Shown: positions 29,995 to 40,165, numbered from the whole stretch's first letter. The stretch: 63,839 nt of DNA, filler included, from Myxococcota bacterium (GCA_049322255.1; 9 parts of 9 records of this genome joined end to end with filler, not necessarily neighbours in it), one strand, 5' to 3'. The notes: a model not told the origin generated them from the sequence alone. Translations and numbers: made by a program.

Positions 29995-31905
29995 ATGGAA
30001 AGCCGGTCCACTTCCCGTTCGGCGTTGCTCGCGGTCGCGGTGCTGGCGAGCGGCCACGTACGCGCCGAAGATGAGGTGGTGCTGCCTCCGGTCGTGGTGC
30101 CGCTGCCAGCGCCCGAGGCCTCCCCGTCCTCTCCACAAAAGAAAGACCCCACCGGCGCCGTCACGCTGGTGGAGGTGGCGGAGCGCCGTTTGGAAGCGAA
30201 GGACGCCGCCGAGCTCATCGCCAGCTCGCCGGGGGTGGTGGTGCAGGACGCCGGCGGGCTGGGCCAAGCCAAGTCGCTCTCCTTGCGCGGAGCGGCGCCC
30301 AACGGGGTGCTGGTGCTCCTTGACGGTATTCCCCTGAACGGCGCCGGAGGCAATGTCGACCTCTCCCGTCTGCCGGTGGCGATCATCGAGCGCTTCGAGG
30401 TCCTGCGCGGCGGCGCCGGGGCGCGCTACGGCAGCGGTGGCTTGGGGGGCGCGGTGAATGTGGTGACCCGCCGGCCACAAAAGGGCGCGCGGCTGTTCGG
30501 CGAGCTTTCCGCAGGCAGCTTCTCCACCCAACTGGGCGCGGTAGGAGCCAGCGGCAGCGTGCTGGGCGGGGAGGCGCTTTTCCTTTTGCACGGAGCGAAG
30601 AGCGAGGGCGACTTTCCTTTCCTCTTCGACGACAAGCCGGCGCTGGAAGGGAACGTGCTTTTGCCCTCACGGCGGCAAAACAACCACGCCGCGCAAGGAG
30701 GCGCCTTGGCGCGCTTTCGCCGCGAGGGAGAGCTGCTCCTCGACGGCTTGGTGGAGGCCGCGCTCGATGCACGGGGGCTTGCGGGCACCGCGCAAAACCC
30801 CACCTCCGACGCCAGCCAGCGCTCCCGGCGAATGGCGGCCTCGGTGCGCGCCGAGCGTCGTCTGCAAGGAGGCGAGCTGTCGGCGCTGGCCTACGGGAAG
30901 AGCGACGCCCTCTGGCTCTTCGGTGGGCCTCACGGAGAAGGGTACTCCCAGCTCGACTCCTCCGCCGGGCTCGAGGTGTCGCTGGCGCGGCTGGTGGGAG
31001 AGCGGCACGGGCTCTCCGCATCCGCCGGCGCGGCCCTCGAGCATCTCTTCGAGCCCAGCGGGACCAACCCCGCCTGGGCGAGGCTTTTTGCCATGGCCGC
31101 CGACGAGGTGCTCTTCCTCGACGGGCGCTTCGCACTCACCCCGTCTTTCCGGGTGGACCAGAGCGGGCCGTACACCGGGCTGTCGCCCAAGCTGGGAGCG
31201 GCGCTCAGCCTGCCCGCCTCGCTCCAGCTGTCCGCCAACTTGGGTCAAGCGCACCGCGCGCCTTCCTTCCTCGAGCTGTACGTGCGCCAGGGCCACCTGT
31301 TGCCCAACGAGGGGCTGCGTCCCGAGCGTGCGCTCTACGCCGACCTCGCGCTCTCCCGTCGCGTGGAGGAGTCCTTCGTCTCCGTCGGCGGCTTCTATGC
31401 CCTGTACGAAGACCTCATCGTCTACGAGTACTACCCGCCGATGCTCGCCCGCCCCTTCAACTTCGCCGCCGCCGAGGTGGCCGGGCTGGAGGCCGAAGCG
31501 GAGGCCCGCCCCCACCCGCTTCTCTCCCTCGCCGCCAGCTACACCTTGCTCTTCTCGGCAAACTTGAAGGACGACCCGCGCTACTACCTCAAGGAGCTGC
31601 CCTACCGTCCGCGCCACCGGTTGCACGCGCGCATCGCCGCGGGGCCCGAGGTCGCCCGCGCGCGCGCCGAGCTTCTCTACCAGTCGGCGCAGTACCAAAA
31701 CCGCGCGCAGACTCTGGTGCTCCCCGAGCGGGCCTTCCTCAACCTCGGCCTGGCCAGCCGCCTGTGGCGCGCGCCCGAGGTGTCCGCCTCCATCGAGGTG
31801 AAGAACCTGCTCGATGTGCAGAGCGCCGACTTGGATGGCTACCCGCTGCCCCCGCGCGCGGTCTTTCTCACCTTGGCGTCGAGCTACGACGCCGCCCACG
31901 ACTAA
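29995..31905 (+). CDS. TonB-dependent receptor (BtuB-like)
   Basis: Plug motifs LSLRG, VLVLLDGIPLN, IERFEVLRG...YGSGGLGGAVN; C-terminal VKNLLD...GYPLPPR; riboswitch-led. Confidence 0.9.
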   Translation: MESRSTSRSALLAVAVLASGHVRAEDEVVLPPVVVPLPAPEASPSSPQKKDPTGAVTLVEVAERRLEAKDAAELIASSPGVVVQDAGGLGQAKSLSLRGAAPNGVLVLLDGIPLNGAGGNVDLSRLPVAIIERFEVLRGGAGARYGSGGLGGAVNVVTRRPQKGARLFGELSAGSFSTQLGAVGASGSVLGGEALFLLHGAKSEGDFPFLFDDKPALEGNVLLPSRRQNNHAAQGGALARFRREGELLLDGLVEAALDARGLAGTAQNPTSDASQRSRRMAASVRAERRLQGGELSALAYGKSDALWLFGGPHGEGYSQLDSSAGLEVSLARLVGERHGLSASAGAALEHLFEPSGTNPAWARLFAMAADEVLFLDGRFALTPSFRVDQSGPYTGLSPKLGAALSLPASLQLSANLGQAHRAPSFLELYVRQGHLLPNEGLRPERALYADLALSRRVEESFVSVGGFYALYEDLIVYEYYPPMLARPFNFAAAEVAGLEAEAEARPHPLLSLAASYTLLFSANLKDDPRYYLKELPYRPRHRLHARIAAGPEVARARAELLYQSAQYQNRAQTLVLPERAFLNLGLASRLWRAPEVSASIEVKNLLDVQSADLDGYPLPPRAVFLTLASSYDAAHD

Positions 31906-31928
31906 CCCGAAAGAAAGAAGGAAACCTC

Positions 31929-33530
31929 ATGCGAGCTCAAATTCCCCTGTCCCTGACGCTCGCCGCCGTCGGCGTGCTCTGGCTCTCTGGCTGCCCCAAC
32001 CGTGGGGTGGTGTGCACCGAAGGGCTCTCTGCCTGCCAAGAGGCGTGCGTGGACCTCGCCAGCGACCGTCGCCACTGCGGCGGGTGCGGGGTGAGCTGCC
32101 AGGTGGGTCAGATGTGCCAGGAAGGAAGCTGCCTCTGCGAAGGCGGCCGCGAGCCATGCGAGGGAAGCTGCGTGGTGACCTCCACCGACCCCCGCCACTG
32201 CGGCGGGTGCGGCCAGGCCTGCGCCCCCGGACAGGTGTGCGAGCAAAGAGCGTGCAAGGCCGCCTGCGAGCTGGGTAGCTCCACGCGGTGTGGCGACTCG
32301 TGCGTCGACCTCTCCTCGAGCACCGCGCACTGCGGCGGGTGCGGCGCCTCGTGCGACCCGAGCCAGAGCTGCCGTCAGGGCAGCTGCACCTACGACGTGG
32401 TGGCGGCGTGCTTCACCAACGGCCAGCTCACCGGGCTTCGTTCCGACAGCTTGGCCAAGGGGCCCAACGCGCAGCTCGGCACTGGGCCGGCGGCGCTGGC
32501 CAGCTTGGAGGGAGTCCTCCTGGTCGCCGACGGCATCGACAACGCGCTCTACCAGGCGCGCCTTTCCGCCGGGCCCGACGGTGGTGCCTTCGCCCCGCTC
32601 CCCGAGTCGGTGCCCACCGGGGCGGTGCCCAACCAGGTGTGGGTGGACACTCCTTTCGTCTACCTGGTGAACGCGGCGAGCGGGACGTTGCAAGTCTTGC
32701 GCAAAGGGGCGAGCGACGCCGGATTCGCGGCAGACGCGGGGCTGGGCCTGGGCACGGTGGCCGAGCTGAACTTCGGCCCCAACACCTACCCCGAAGCCAT
32801 CGCCCAGGTGGGCAGCTTCCTCTACGTGCCGCTGTACGGAGGCTTTGGCGCATCGGGTGCCAGCGCCGGTCAGTCGGTGAAGAAGGTCGATGTCTCCGAG
32901 CCGCACAGCCCGGTGGTGGCCGGCACCTTCGACCTCTCCGCGCTCGACTTGAAACCCTTCGACGGCGGCAGCCCGGTGCCGCGGCCGTATGCCGCCATCG
33001 CCCACCGGGGAAAGGTGTACGTCGCGCTCAACAACTTGAACCCCGACACCTACGCGGTGGAGGGACCGGGGCTGCTTGCGCGCATCGACCCCGGCACGGG
33101 TGCGCTGGATGTGGTGGAGCTGGGGGAGGGCTGTCTCAACCCCGCCTGGCTCGCCTCCGACGGCACCCACTTGGCGGTGAGCTGCCAGGGGCGCGCGGTG
33201 TACAGCCCAAGCTTCGCGCTCGAGTCGGTGGAGAAGACGGGGGTGGTGCTCTTCGACGAGAACGGCACACGCACCGCGACGTGGAACGTGGCCTGCCCAG
33301 CGGGCGGAGACGGCGGCTGCCTGCCGGTGCAAAGCGGGCGGCTGGCGATTCAGGATGGCAAGGTGTTCGTGGGCGACCAGAATGGCGGGCGCATCTTCGT
33401 GCTCGAGATTTCCAACAACCAGCTCGTCGAGCGGGCTGGCTTCAACGCAGCTCGCCCGCCGGTGCAGGCCTGCGCGGTCGACCCGATGACCAACTACTCC
33501 AACGTGAGCGACGTCTTGGCGGTGCCATGA
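31929..33530 (+). CDS. Lipoprotein with Cys-rich (HCGGCG) repeats and a beta-propeller-like C-terminus
   Basis: Lipobox LSGC; three CV......HCGGCG..C...Q.C repeats; propeller-like blades; lies inside the B12 operon. Confidence 0.8.
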   Translation: MRAQIPLSLTLAAVGVLWLSGCPNRGVVCTEGLSACQEACVDLASDRRHCGGCGVSCQVGQMCQEGSCLCEGGREPCEGSCVVTSTDPRHCGGCGQACAPGQVCEQRACKAACELGSSTRCGDSCVDLSSSTAHCGGCGASCDPSQSCRQGSCTYDVVAACFTNGQLTGLRSDSLAKGPNAQLGTGPAALASLEGVLLVADGIDNALYQARLSAGPDGGAFAPLPESVPTGAVPNQVWVDTPFVYLVNAASGTLQVLRKGASDAGFAADAGLGLGTVAELNFGPNTYPEAIAQVGSFLYVPLYGGFGASGASAGQSVKKVDVSEPHSPVVAGTFDLSALDLKPFDGGSPVPRPYAAIAHRGKVYVALNNLNPDTYAVEGPGLLARIDPGTGALDVVELGEGCLNPAWLASDGTHLAVSCQGRAVYSPSFALESVEKTGVVLFDENGTRTATWNVACPAGGDGGCLPVQSGRLAIQDGKVFVGDQNGGRIFVLEISNNQLVERAGFNAARPPVQACAVDPMTNYSNVSDVLAVP

Positions 33531-34405
33531 ACCCCCTCTCCCTGAGGGAGAGGGTTGGGGTGAGGGGCGCCATCGTCGGCGTGCTCCTCCTCTCGGCGCT
33601 CCCCGCGAACGCGCTCGATTCCCCCACCTACCTGGGGCCTGCTCCACCCAAGGAGGTGAGGCGAGTCATCACCCTGGCGCCCTCCCTCTCCGAGGTGGTG
33701 GTGGCGCTAGGAGCGACGGAGCGCTTGGTCGGCGTCTCCCGCTTCGACGAGCTGCCACAGGTCGCCCCGCTTCCACGGGTGGGCGGCTTCATCGACCCCA
33801 GCGTGGAGAAGGTGGTGTCGCTGCGGCCCGACTTGGTGCTGGTGCAGCCCGCCCCGGGCAACGAGGCGCCGGTGCGCAAGATGGCCGAGCTGGGGGTGCC
33901 GGTGCTGGCGTTGCCCATGCACTCGGTGGCTTCGACCTGCACCGCCTTGCGCGAGGTGGGGCGGGCGTTGGGGCTGAGCGGGCGCGCCGAAAAGCTGGTG
34001 CAGGCGCTGGAAGAGACCCGCGCCCAGGTGCGCGCGCGGGCCGCCAAGCTGCCGCAAAGAAAGGTGCTCTTCGTCGTCGAGTTTTCACCGCTGGTGGTGG
34101 CCGGGCCCGGTTCCTTCGCCGACGAGCTGCTCGCCGATGCCGGAGCCACCAACGCCGCCGCCGATGCCCGCAGCCCCTTCACCGTCTACTCGGTGGAGAG
34201 CGCCCTCAAGGCCAAGCCCGACGTGGTGGTGGACGGGGCGCACCAGTCGCAGGGCGCGCAGAAGCTGCGGGCGCTCCCGGGGTTGGCAAAGGCGCGTTGG
34301 GTGAAGCTCCCCAGTCAGGACTTACTCCACCCCGGCCCGAGCTTGGGGCGCGGGCTTTGGGAGCTCTTTTTTCTCCTCCACCCGGAGACGAAGGAGGAGC
34401 GGTGA
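33527..34405 (+). CDS. btuF: Cobalamin/iron-siderophore ABC substrate-binding protein (alternative start GTG 33560)
   Basis: RVITLAPSLSE, LVGVS, P.VGG..DPSVEKVVSLRPDLV, AG.GSF..EL, PGP motifs. Confidence 0.85.
   Translation: MNPLSLRERVGVRGAIVGVLLLSALPANALDSPTYLGPAPPKEVRRVITLAPSLSEVVVALGATERLVGVSRFDELPQVAPLPRVGGFIDPSVEKVVSLRPDLVLVQPAPGNEAPVRKMAELGVPVLALPMHSVASTCTALREVGRALGLSGRAEKLVQALEETRAQVRARAAKLPQRKVLFVVEFSPLVVAGPGSFADELLADAGATNAAADARSPFTVYSVESALKAKPDVVVDGAHQSQGAQKLRALPGLAKARWVKLPSQDLLHPGPSLGRGLWELFFLLHPETKEER
33534..33568 (+). repeat. REP-like element at the 5' end of btuF
   Basis: CCCTCTCCCTGAGGGAGAGGGTTGGGGTGAGGGGC; its GTG is in frame with btuF. Confidence 0.85.
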
Positions 34406-35433
34406 GCGTCCGGTTCACCGTGGGCCGCGCGGTGACGGTGCTTTTCCTTCTCGCCGTCGTCTTGACGGCCACGTTCCTCTTGGCCCTGCTTCTGGGCGAG
34501 CAGCCGCTCTCCTTCTCCGAAGCGTTCACCGCGGGGACGACGGACGCAGCCATCTTGTGGTCTTTGCGGCTGCCGCGCGCGCTGCTCGCAGGCATCGTGG
34601 GGGCGGCGCTGGCCGCCTCCGGGTGTGCGCTGCAGGCGTTGATGCGCAACCCCTTGGCCGATCCGTTCGTGCTCGGTGTCTCCGGCGGGGCGGCGCTGGG
34701 AGCCACGGTGGCGCTGGCGCTGGGCTTGGGCACGTTGACGGCGGCGAGCGGGCCCACCGGGAGCATCTTCCAGGCATCGGCCACCTCGGCCTTCGCGCTG
34801 GTCGGCTCCTTGGGAGCGACCGCCCTGGTGCTCACCTTGGGCAAAGTGGCCGGAGCGCGCTCGCCTCACACCACCTTGCTGTGCGGCGTCATCTTCAACT
34901 CCTTCGCGCTGGCGGTGATCATCTTCATCAAGGCGCTCGCCGCGCCCGACAAGCTGGGGGAGATTCTCTACTGGCTCGCCGGCACCTTGGGTTACGAGCG
35001 AGGGTGGACGCTGGCGGCCACCGGAGCTTTCGAAGTCATCGCCATCGGAGCGATGTGGGCGGCGTCGGGGCGCCTCAACCTGCTCACGTTGGGCGATGAG
35101 GAAGCTGCGTCGTTGGGCGTTCACGTCGAGCGCACGCGTCTGTTTCTCCTCGTCGCCGCTTCGTTGGCGGTGTCGGCAGCGGTGGCGCTCTCGGGGCTGG
35201 TGGGTTTCGTCGGGCTCATCGTGCCGCACGTCTTACGGCTGTGGCTGGGGCCCGACCAGCGGCTGCTTCTGCCTGCCAGCGCGCTCGGCGGAGCGGCGTT
35301 TCTCGTTTTCGCCGACCTGTGTGCGCGCTTGCTCTTCCGTGTCTTTCATGAAGAGCCGCCGGTGGGAGGGGTGACGGCGCTTCTGGGTGTGCCGTTCTTC
35401 TTCCTCTTGCTCTACCGCGGGCGCAGAGCGTGA
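34402..35433 (+). CDS. btuC: FecCD/BtuC family ABC permease
   Basis: LRLPRALL, RNPLADP..LGVSGGA, LGDEEAASLG, GFVGLIVPH motifs. Confidence 0.9.
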   Translation: MSVRFTVGRAVTVLFLLAVVLTATFLLALLLGEQPLSFSEAFTAGTTDAAILWSLRLPRALLAGIVGAALAASGCALQALMRNPLADPFVLGVSGGAALGATVALALGLGTLTAASGPTGSIFQASATSAFALVGSLGATALVLTLGKVAGARSPHTTLLCGVIFNSFALAVIIFIKALAAPDKLGEILYWLAGTLGYERGWTLAATGAFEVIAIGAMWAASGRLNLLTLGDEEAASLGVHVERTRLFLLVAASLAVSAAVALSGLVGFVGLIVPHVLRLWLGPDQRLLLPASALGGAAFLVFADLCARLLFRVFHEEPPVGGVTALLGVPFFFLLLYRGRRA

Positions 35434-35537
35434 GTCAGAACAGATCGGCTGCTCGTTGGCGGAGCTGCAGCTATATGCGGTCATCGGCGGTGGGCACACC
35501 TGGCCTAGCGGATCCAGCGAGGTGACTTGCTCCGTCC

Positions 35538-35598
35538 CAGCGGGCTCACCCACTTGCATCGGGCCTTCTCTGGAGCTGGGTGGTTCGGCGCGGGGAGG
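35538..35598. repeat. About 60-bp imperfect direct repeat, second copy at 36429-36489
   Basis: CAGCGGGCTCACCCAC.TGCA.CGGGCCTT.TCTGGAGCTGGG.GG.TC.GC.CGGGGAGG flanks the TA module. Confidence 0.8.
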
Positions 35599-35641
35599 GC
35601 GCCAGCCCCTCACTTGCCCCGGGTGCCAACGAAGCGGCTGC

Positions 35642-35914
35642 TCAACGTTGGCCGCGGCGCTTCTTAGAAACCTTGAGTCCCAGCTCTTTGCGGACTGCCG
35701 CGAGCGACACGGTCGGTCGTTTTCGGCGACGCTCGATGAGGGCCCAGAACTTGGGGTCCTGGGCGAGGAGAACATCCTCGAGGTCCTGGCCTTCGACGCC
35801 GATGACGACAGCCGCAGGCTTGCCGTGCTTGGTGATGAGCACACGCTCGTGCTGCGCTTCGTCGACGTACCCACTGAGCTGCTGCTTTGCCTCACGTAGA
35901 GCGACGACTTTCAT
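35642..35914 (-). CDS. Phd/YefM family antitoxin
   Basis: MKVVALREAKQQLS.YV....E.VLITKHGKPAAV; ATGA overlap with the toxin. Confidence 0.9.
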   Translation of the reverse strand: MKVVALREAKQQLSGYVDEAQHERVLITKHGKPAAVVIGVEGQDLEDVLLAQDPKFWALIERRRKRPTVSLAAVRKELGLKVSKKRRGQR

Positions 35915-36207
35915 AGAACCTCCTCGGTGGTCTTCTTCCCTTTGCGGCGAATGGCCCGGACGAGGACTTCCATCTCCTCGTCGTCGACGTCGTAGAAGAC
36001 GCGGTACTCGCCAACGCGTAGCTGCCAGACCGGCGAAACGTGATGCCAAGGTGGTACCAGGCCGGCGAGCTCTTTGCGGAGCTTGCTTGGCACGTGCGGC
36101 TCAGAGGAGAGCTTCTCCTCAATCTCGTCGAGAATCCTGGCTTGGTCAAACGGCCTGAGCATCTTGAGGTCCTCGAGCGCCTCGTCGGCGAAAACCACGG
36201 AGTACAT
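35911..36207 (-). CDS. RelE/ParE family toxin
   Basis: YSVVFADEALEDL, WQLRVGEYRVFYDV, VRAIRRK. Confidence 0.9.
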   Translation of the reverse strand: MYSVVFADEALEDLKMLRPFDQARILDEIEEKLSSEPHVPSKLRKELAGLVPPWHHVSPVWQLRVGEYRVFYDVDDEEMEVLVRAIRRKGKKTTEEVL

Positions 36208-36277
36208 ATGCGTCCATAATTGTGGACGCGCAAGGGGTCGTCAAGTCGAGCCGCAGCGCAGCACCCCTGAGCCTGAA

Positions 36278-36608
36278 CATGGAATGGGTTTTCACTCCCC
36301 GATGAACGCCACCGCCGACATTGGCTCGCTTGCTCCCTTGAAGCGGCGATGCCATCGTCGAAGCCGACGAGTGGCCGCTCGACTTCATGTGGTGGTGCTG
36401 TTCCTTCTGGCTGCCGGTCAAGCCCGTGCAGCGGGCTCACCCACGTGCAACGGGCCTTTTCTGGAGCTGGGCGGGTCTGCACGGGGAGGCGGGGTGAGCA
36501 ACCGCCCGACTTCGATTCGTTGCCAACGGATCGAGCTCGACCGTCAGGGCAAGCCGTTCGCGATGTGGGCGGATGATTCGGTCGGAACCTGGGAGGTGTA
36601 CCTACGCC
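36278..36608 (+). CDS. Hypothetical secreted protein, 3' truncated (start uncertain)
   Basis: Hydrophobic signal-like stretch, then ELGGSARGGGVSN...WEVYLR running into the gap. Confidence 0.45.
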
Positions 36609-36708
36609 NNNNNNNNNNNNNNNNNNNNNNNNNNNNNNNNNNNNNNNNNNNNTTAATTAATTAANNNNNNNNNNNNNNNNNNNNNNNNNNNNNNNNNNNN
36701 NNNNNNNN

Positions 36709-38029
36709 AGAGGGTGGAGGAGGCGGCGGACTCGATGCCGCGGTGGAGGTCGACTCTGGTACTCCCGGCGATGATGGGGGAGGAGGCGGAGGTGGTGGTG
36801 GGGGAGGCGGAGGCGGAGGGCAGGACGCCGGAGTCGACCCCGGGGTCGAGCTGAATCCGGGGTGGATCGGCGGGGCGTGCACGAGTGCGGCGAGCTGCAA
36901 CAACCCCGACTTCTCCGCCACGCCCAGCTGTGTCACCAACGGGTTTCCCAACGGCATGTGCACGCAGAGCTGCACGGTGTCGGGCGCGGGCACATACGTC
37001 TGCCCCGACACGACTTACGGCGCCGGTACGCTCAACACCATCACCCGCTGCATCAGCGCTGCGGGCAGCCCCACCTGTGCCGCTGAGTGCGACTTCGGCC
37101 TGTCTCCCACCGGTTGCCGGCCGGGGTACACCTGTGTGCTGCGGCAGCGCTATAACCAGCCCTCGAGCATCTTCCGCGTTTGTCTGCCGACCGCCACCCA
37201 GCGTTGGCCGGGAGAGCCAGCGCCGGCCAACGACATTGGCCAAGCGTGCGCAGGAGACTCGACGTGCGCCCACCTGTCGTGCATGGCGATGAACAACGGG
37301 TACTGCACCAAGACGATGTGCCAGCACTCGGGTTGCCCTGCCGGATCGACCTGCTTCGGCATCGGCAACACGGGCAACACTGCTTGTCTCAAAGATTGTC
37401 TGGGCAACGCCGACTGCCGCACCAACGAGAGCTACCTGTGCCACTCGCAGTACAAGATTTGTTACCCGGGCACGACCAGCGCTTCCTGGAACCCGTCGGT
37501 AGGTACGGCCGATTGCGCCTCGGTCTGGGGTACCGCGGGCAGCGGGCTCTCGGTGTGCGACTCGGTGAAGGACAAGTACCTCGTCATCCGCAAGAGCGCG
37601 CGTAACGTGGCTTTGTGCAACCAGGGTGCCGTCGTCGCCAATTTCCGCGGCGGTTTGGGCTTCGCCCCCGTCGGCGACAAAGAGCGCGAGGGAGACGGCA
37701 GGACCCCGGAGGGCGTCTTCTACGTCGCCTCGCTCCTTCCCACCTCTGAGTACTACAAGGCGTTCCTCTTCAGCTACCCGGACAAGAGCGACGCGACGCG
37801 GGGGCTGTCACAAGGCCTCATCACCCAGTCGCAGAAGACCGCCATCGACACCGCACAGGACAACTGTGGGGTGCCGCCCCAGACGACCCAGCTAGGTGGC
37901 TACCTCGAGCTCCACGGCAACGGCGGCAGCTCGGACTGGACGCTCGGCTGCGTCGCCATCGCCGATACGGAGATCGACACCGTCTGGAGCAACATCTCCA
38001 CTCGGGACACCGTGGTCGTTTTCCCGTAG
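36709..38029 (+). CDS. Cys-rich repeat protein with C-terminal L,D-transpeptidase (YkuD) domain, 5' truncated
   Basis: Two IG.AC...C..G.CT repeats; GDKEREGDGRTPEG.FY, SYP...DA, ELHG...DWTLGC. Confidence 0.88.
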
Positions 38030-38046
38030 CAGGGACCCTGCGATGC

Positions 38047-38505
38047 TCAAGCGGTCGAGATGGAGACCGCCGGAAAGCCCGAGCCGGCGCACTCGTCGAT
38101 GACCCGCACCAGGTCTTCGTAGCGCACTGAATCCTCCGCCTGGATGGTAATCGTTGTGCCTTCGAGCCCCTTCAGCTTGGCTCGCAGAAGCGCCAAGTCC
38201 AGCCGGCCGTGGGCGTCGCGTACCATCGGAATGACCCCATGTTCGGCTCCGCCCACCAAAAGGCGCAAACCCGCCGCGCTCATCACCAGGGTGATGGGCG
38301 GTGAAGTTGGCTCCGTGGGCGCCTCCGTGGGGCCGGCACCCGCCTGCGAGACCTCTAGGCGCCCCACCTGGGTCCACACCGCGGTCATGATGAGAAAGCT
38401 GATGGTCACCGCCATCAGATCGATGAAGGGCACGAGATTGATGGTGGCGTCGAGCGACTTTTTGCCGCCGACTCCGCCCGTGCCCAGGTCCATTCCGCCG
38501 GCCAT
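38047..38505 (-). CDS. exbD: ExbD/TolR family biopolymer transport protein
   Basis: INLVPFIDLM TM motif; I.AE..V.YEDLVRVID. Confidence 0.9.
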   Translation of the reverse strand: MAGGMDLGTGGVGGKKSLDATINLVPFIDLMAVTISFLIMTAVWTQVGRLEVSQAGAGPTEAPTEPTSPPITLVMSAAGLRLLVGGAEHGVIPMVRDAHGRLDLALLRAKLKGLEGTTITIQAEDSVRYEDLVRVIDECAGSGFPAVSISTA

Positions 38506-38623
38506 AGATGTCTCCTTCGCAGCGATGGCTCAGACAGCCTGGGCCCGGTGCGGTTCCCGCGCTCGCTCGCCCGCCGTCCACGAACGCGCGCAGACGGCGC
38601 AGAGGCGCTAACCTTGGTCGCGG

Positions 38624-40150
38624 ATGGCCGACGCCGCCGATTTCGGCAAGTACCGTCTCATTCAACCGCTCGCCCAGGGCGGCATGGCGGAGATCTACAT
38701 CGCCAAGCAGTTCGGCCCCGCGGGCTACGAAAAGACGGTGGTGCTCAAACGGGTGCTCCCCCACCTGGCCAAGGACGCCGAATTCATCCACATGTTCCTC
38801 GACGAGGCGCGGTTGGCGGCGCGCCTGTCCCACCCGAACATCGTGCAGATCTTCGACTTCGGCGAGGTGGAGGGCGCCTACTACCTGTGCATGGAGTACC
38901 TCGCCGGCGAGGACCTCTCCTGGCTCATCCGCTGGGCGAAGAAGAACAACCAGCTCATCCCCGCGCAGGTGGCCGCGGTGGTGATCGACGCCGCGTGCAA
39001 CGGGCTCCACTACGCGCACACACTCGCCGACGACGAGGGCCGGCCGCTGAACATCGTCCACCGCGACTTGTCGCCGGCGAACATCTTCATCACCTACCAG
39101 GGCGCGGTGAAGGTGCTCGACTTCGGCATCGCCAAGGCGGAGGGCAAAGTCGTCCAGACGAACGTGGGCACCATCAAGGGCAAGTTCGCCTACATGTCAC
39201 CTGAGCAGGTGAAGGGGAAGTCGCTCGACGGCCGAAGTGATGTCTTCGCGCTGGGCCTGGTGCTGCACGAGCTGCTCACCGGGCAGCGCCTGTTCCGCCG
39301 CGAAGACGAGCGCGTCACCTTGCTCGCGGTGCTCAACGACCCGATTCCGCACCCGCGGCAGCTGCGACCCGACGTGCCCGAAGAGCTCGACGCGATCTGC
39401 ATGAAGGCGCTCGAGCGCGATCTGTCGCGCCGCTACCAGTCCGCGGGCGAGATGCACGCCGCGCTCGACGACTACCTCGCCTCGCGCACCTACGTCCCCG
39501 CGGCCACCCAGCTGGCGCAGTACATGCGCGACCTGGTGGGTGAGGACGTCATCAAGGAGCGCACCAAGCTTCCTGCTCCCGTGAGCAAGGGGCCCGCCCA
39601 GCGCGAGCGGGTGCTGGCGACCCCTTCCCAGGCGATGCCCACCCGGAGCGGCCGCGCTGCGCCCACCGCGCCCACCAACTCCCCACGCCTCCTCTTTCCA
39701 TGGGTGCTCGCCGCGGCTGCGGTCCTTTGCGCCTTGGGGGCCTACGTCTTTTGGGGGGACGAAGCACTGGCGCCTCCGCCCGAGAACAATCTCCTCGTCG
39801 TTGCCAAGCCGCCACCTCCTCCTCCGCCACCACCTCCGCCCCCCCCAGTGGAGGAAGACGCGGGGGCGACCGAGCTGCCTAAGGAAAGCTCGCCCCCGGA
39901 CGCGTCGACGGCGGCGAAGCTGCACCCTAAGCCCAAGCCGTCGCGAGGCACGCTGGAGGTGAACTGCGTGCCTTGGTGCCGCATTTACATCGATGGGCAG
40001 GACTCGGGGAGAATCTCCCCGGCGCTGGGCATTTCGCTGAGCGCGGGGCGTCACCGGCTCAAGGTCGTCAATCCTCCGACCGGGGTGGAGCGGGAGCGCG
40101 ATGTGGTCATTCGCCCTGGGAGCGTCACGCGGGAGATCATCCGGTTCTGA
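38624..40150 (+). CDS. Membrane Ser/Thr protein kinase with C-terminal PEGA domain
   Basis: GGMAEI, VLK, HRDLSPAN, DFGIAK, YMSPEQ, DVFALG; TM, poly-Pro, PW..IYIDG. Confidence 0.96.
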   Translation: MADAADFGKYRLIQPLAQGGMAEIYIAKQFGPAGYEKTVVLKRVLPHLAKDAEFIHMFLDEARLAARLSHPNIVQIFDFGEVEGAYYLCMEYLAGEDLSWLIRWAKKNNQLIPAQVAAVVIDAACNGLHYAHTLADDEGRPLNIVHRDLSPANIFITYQGAVKVLDFGIAKAEGKVVQTNVGTIKGKFAYMSPEQVKGKSLDGRSDVFALGLVLHELLTGQRLFRREDERVTLLAVLNDPIPHPRQLRPDVPEELDAICMKALERDLSRRYQSAGEMHAALDDYLASRTYVPAATQLAQYMRDLVGEDVIKERTKLPAPVSKGPAQRERVLATPSQAMPTRSGRAAPTAPTNSPRLLFPWVLAAAAVLCALGAYVFWGDEALAPPPENNLLVVAKPPPPPPPPPPPPPVEEDAGATELPKESSPPDASTAAKLHPKPKPSRGTLEVNCVPWCRIYIDGQDSGRISPALGISLSAGRHRLKVVNPPTGVERERDVVIRPGSVTREIIRF

Positions 40151-40165
40151 CGCTCTTCGGCTAGC

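Noticed and set aside
36775..36820. GGN and CCN microsatellite-like runs (also about 7400 and 39810)
   Set aside because: They encode ordinary poly-Gly or poly-Pro linkers
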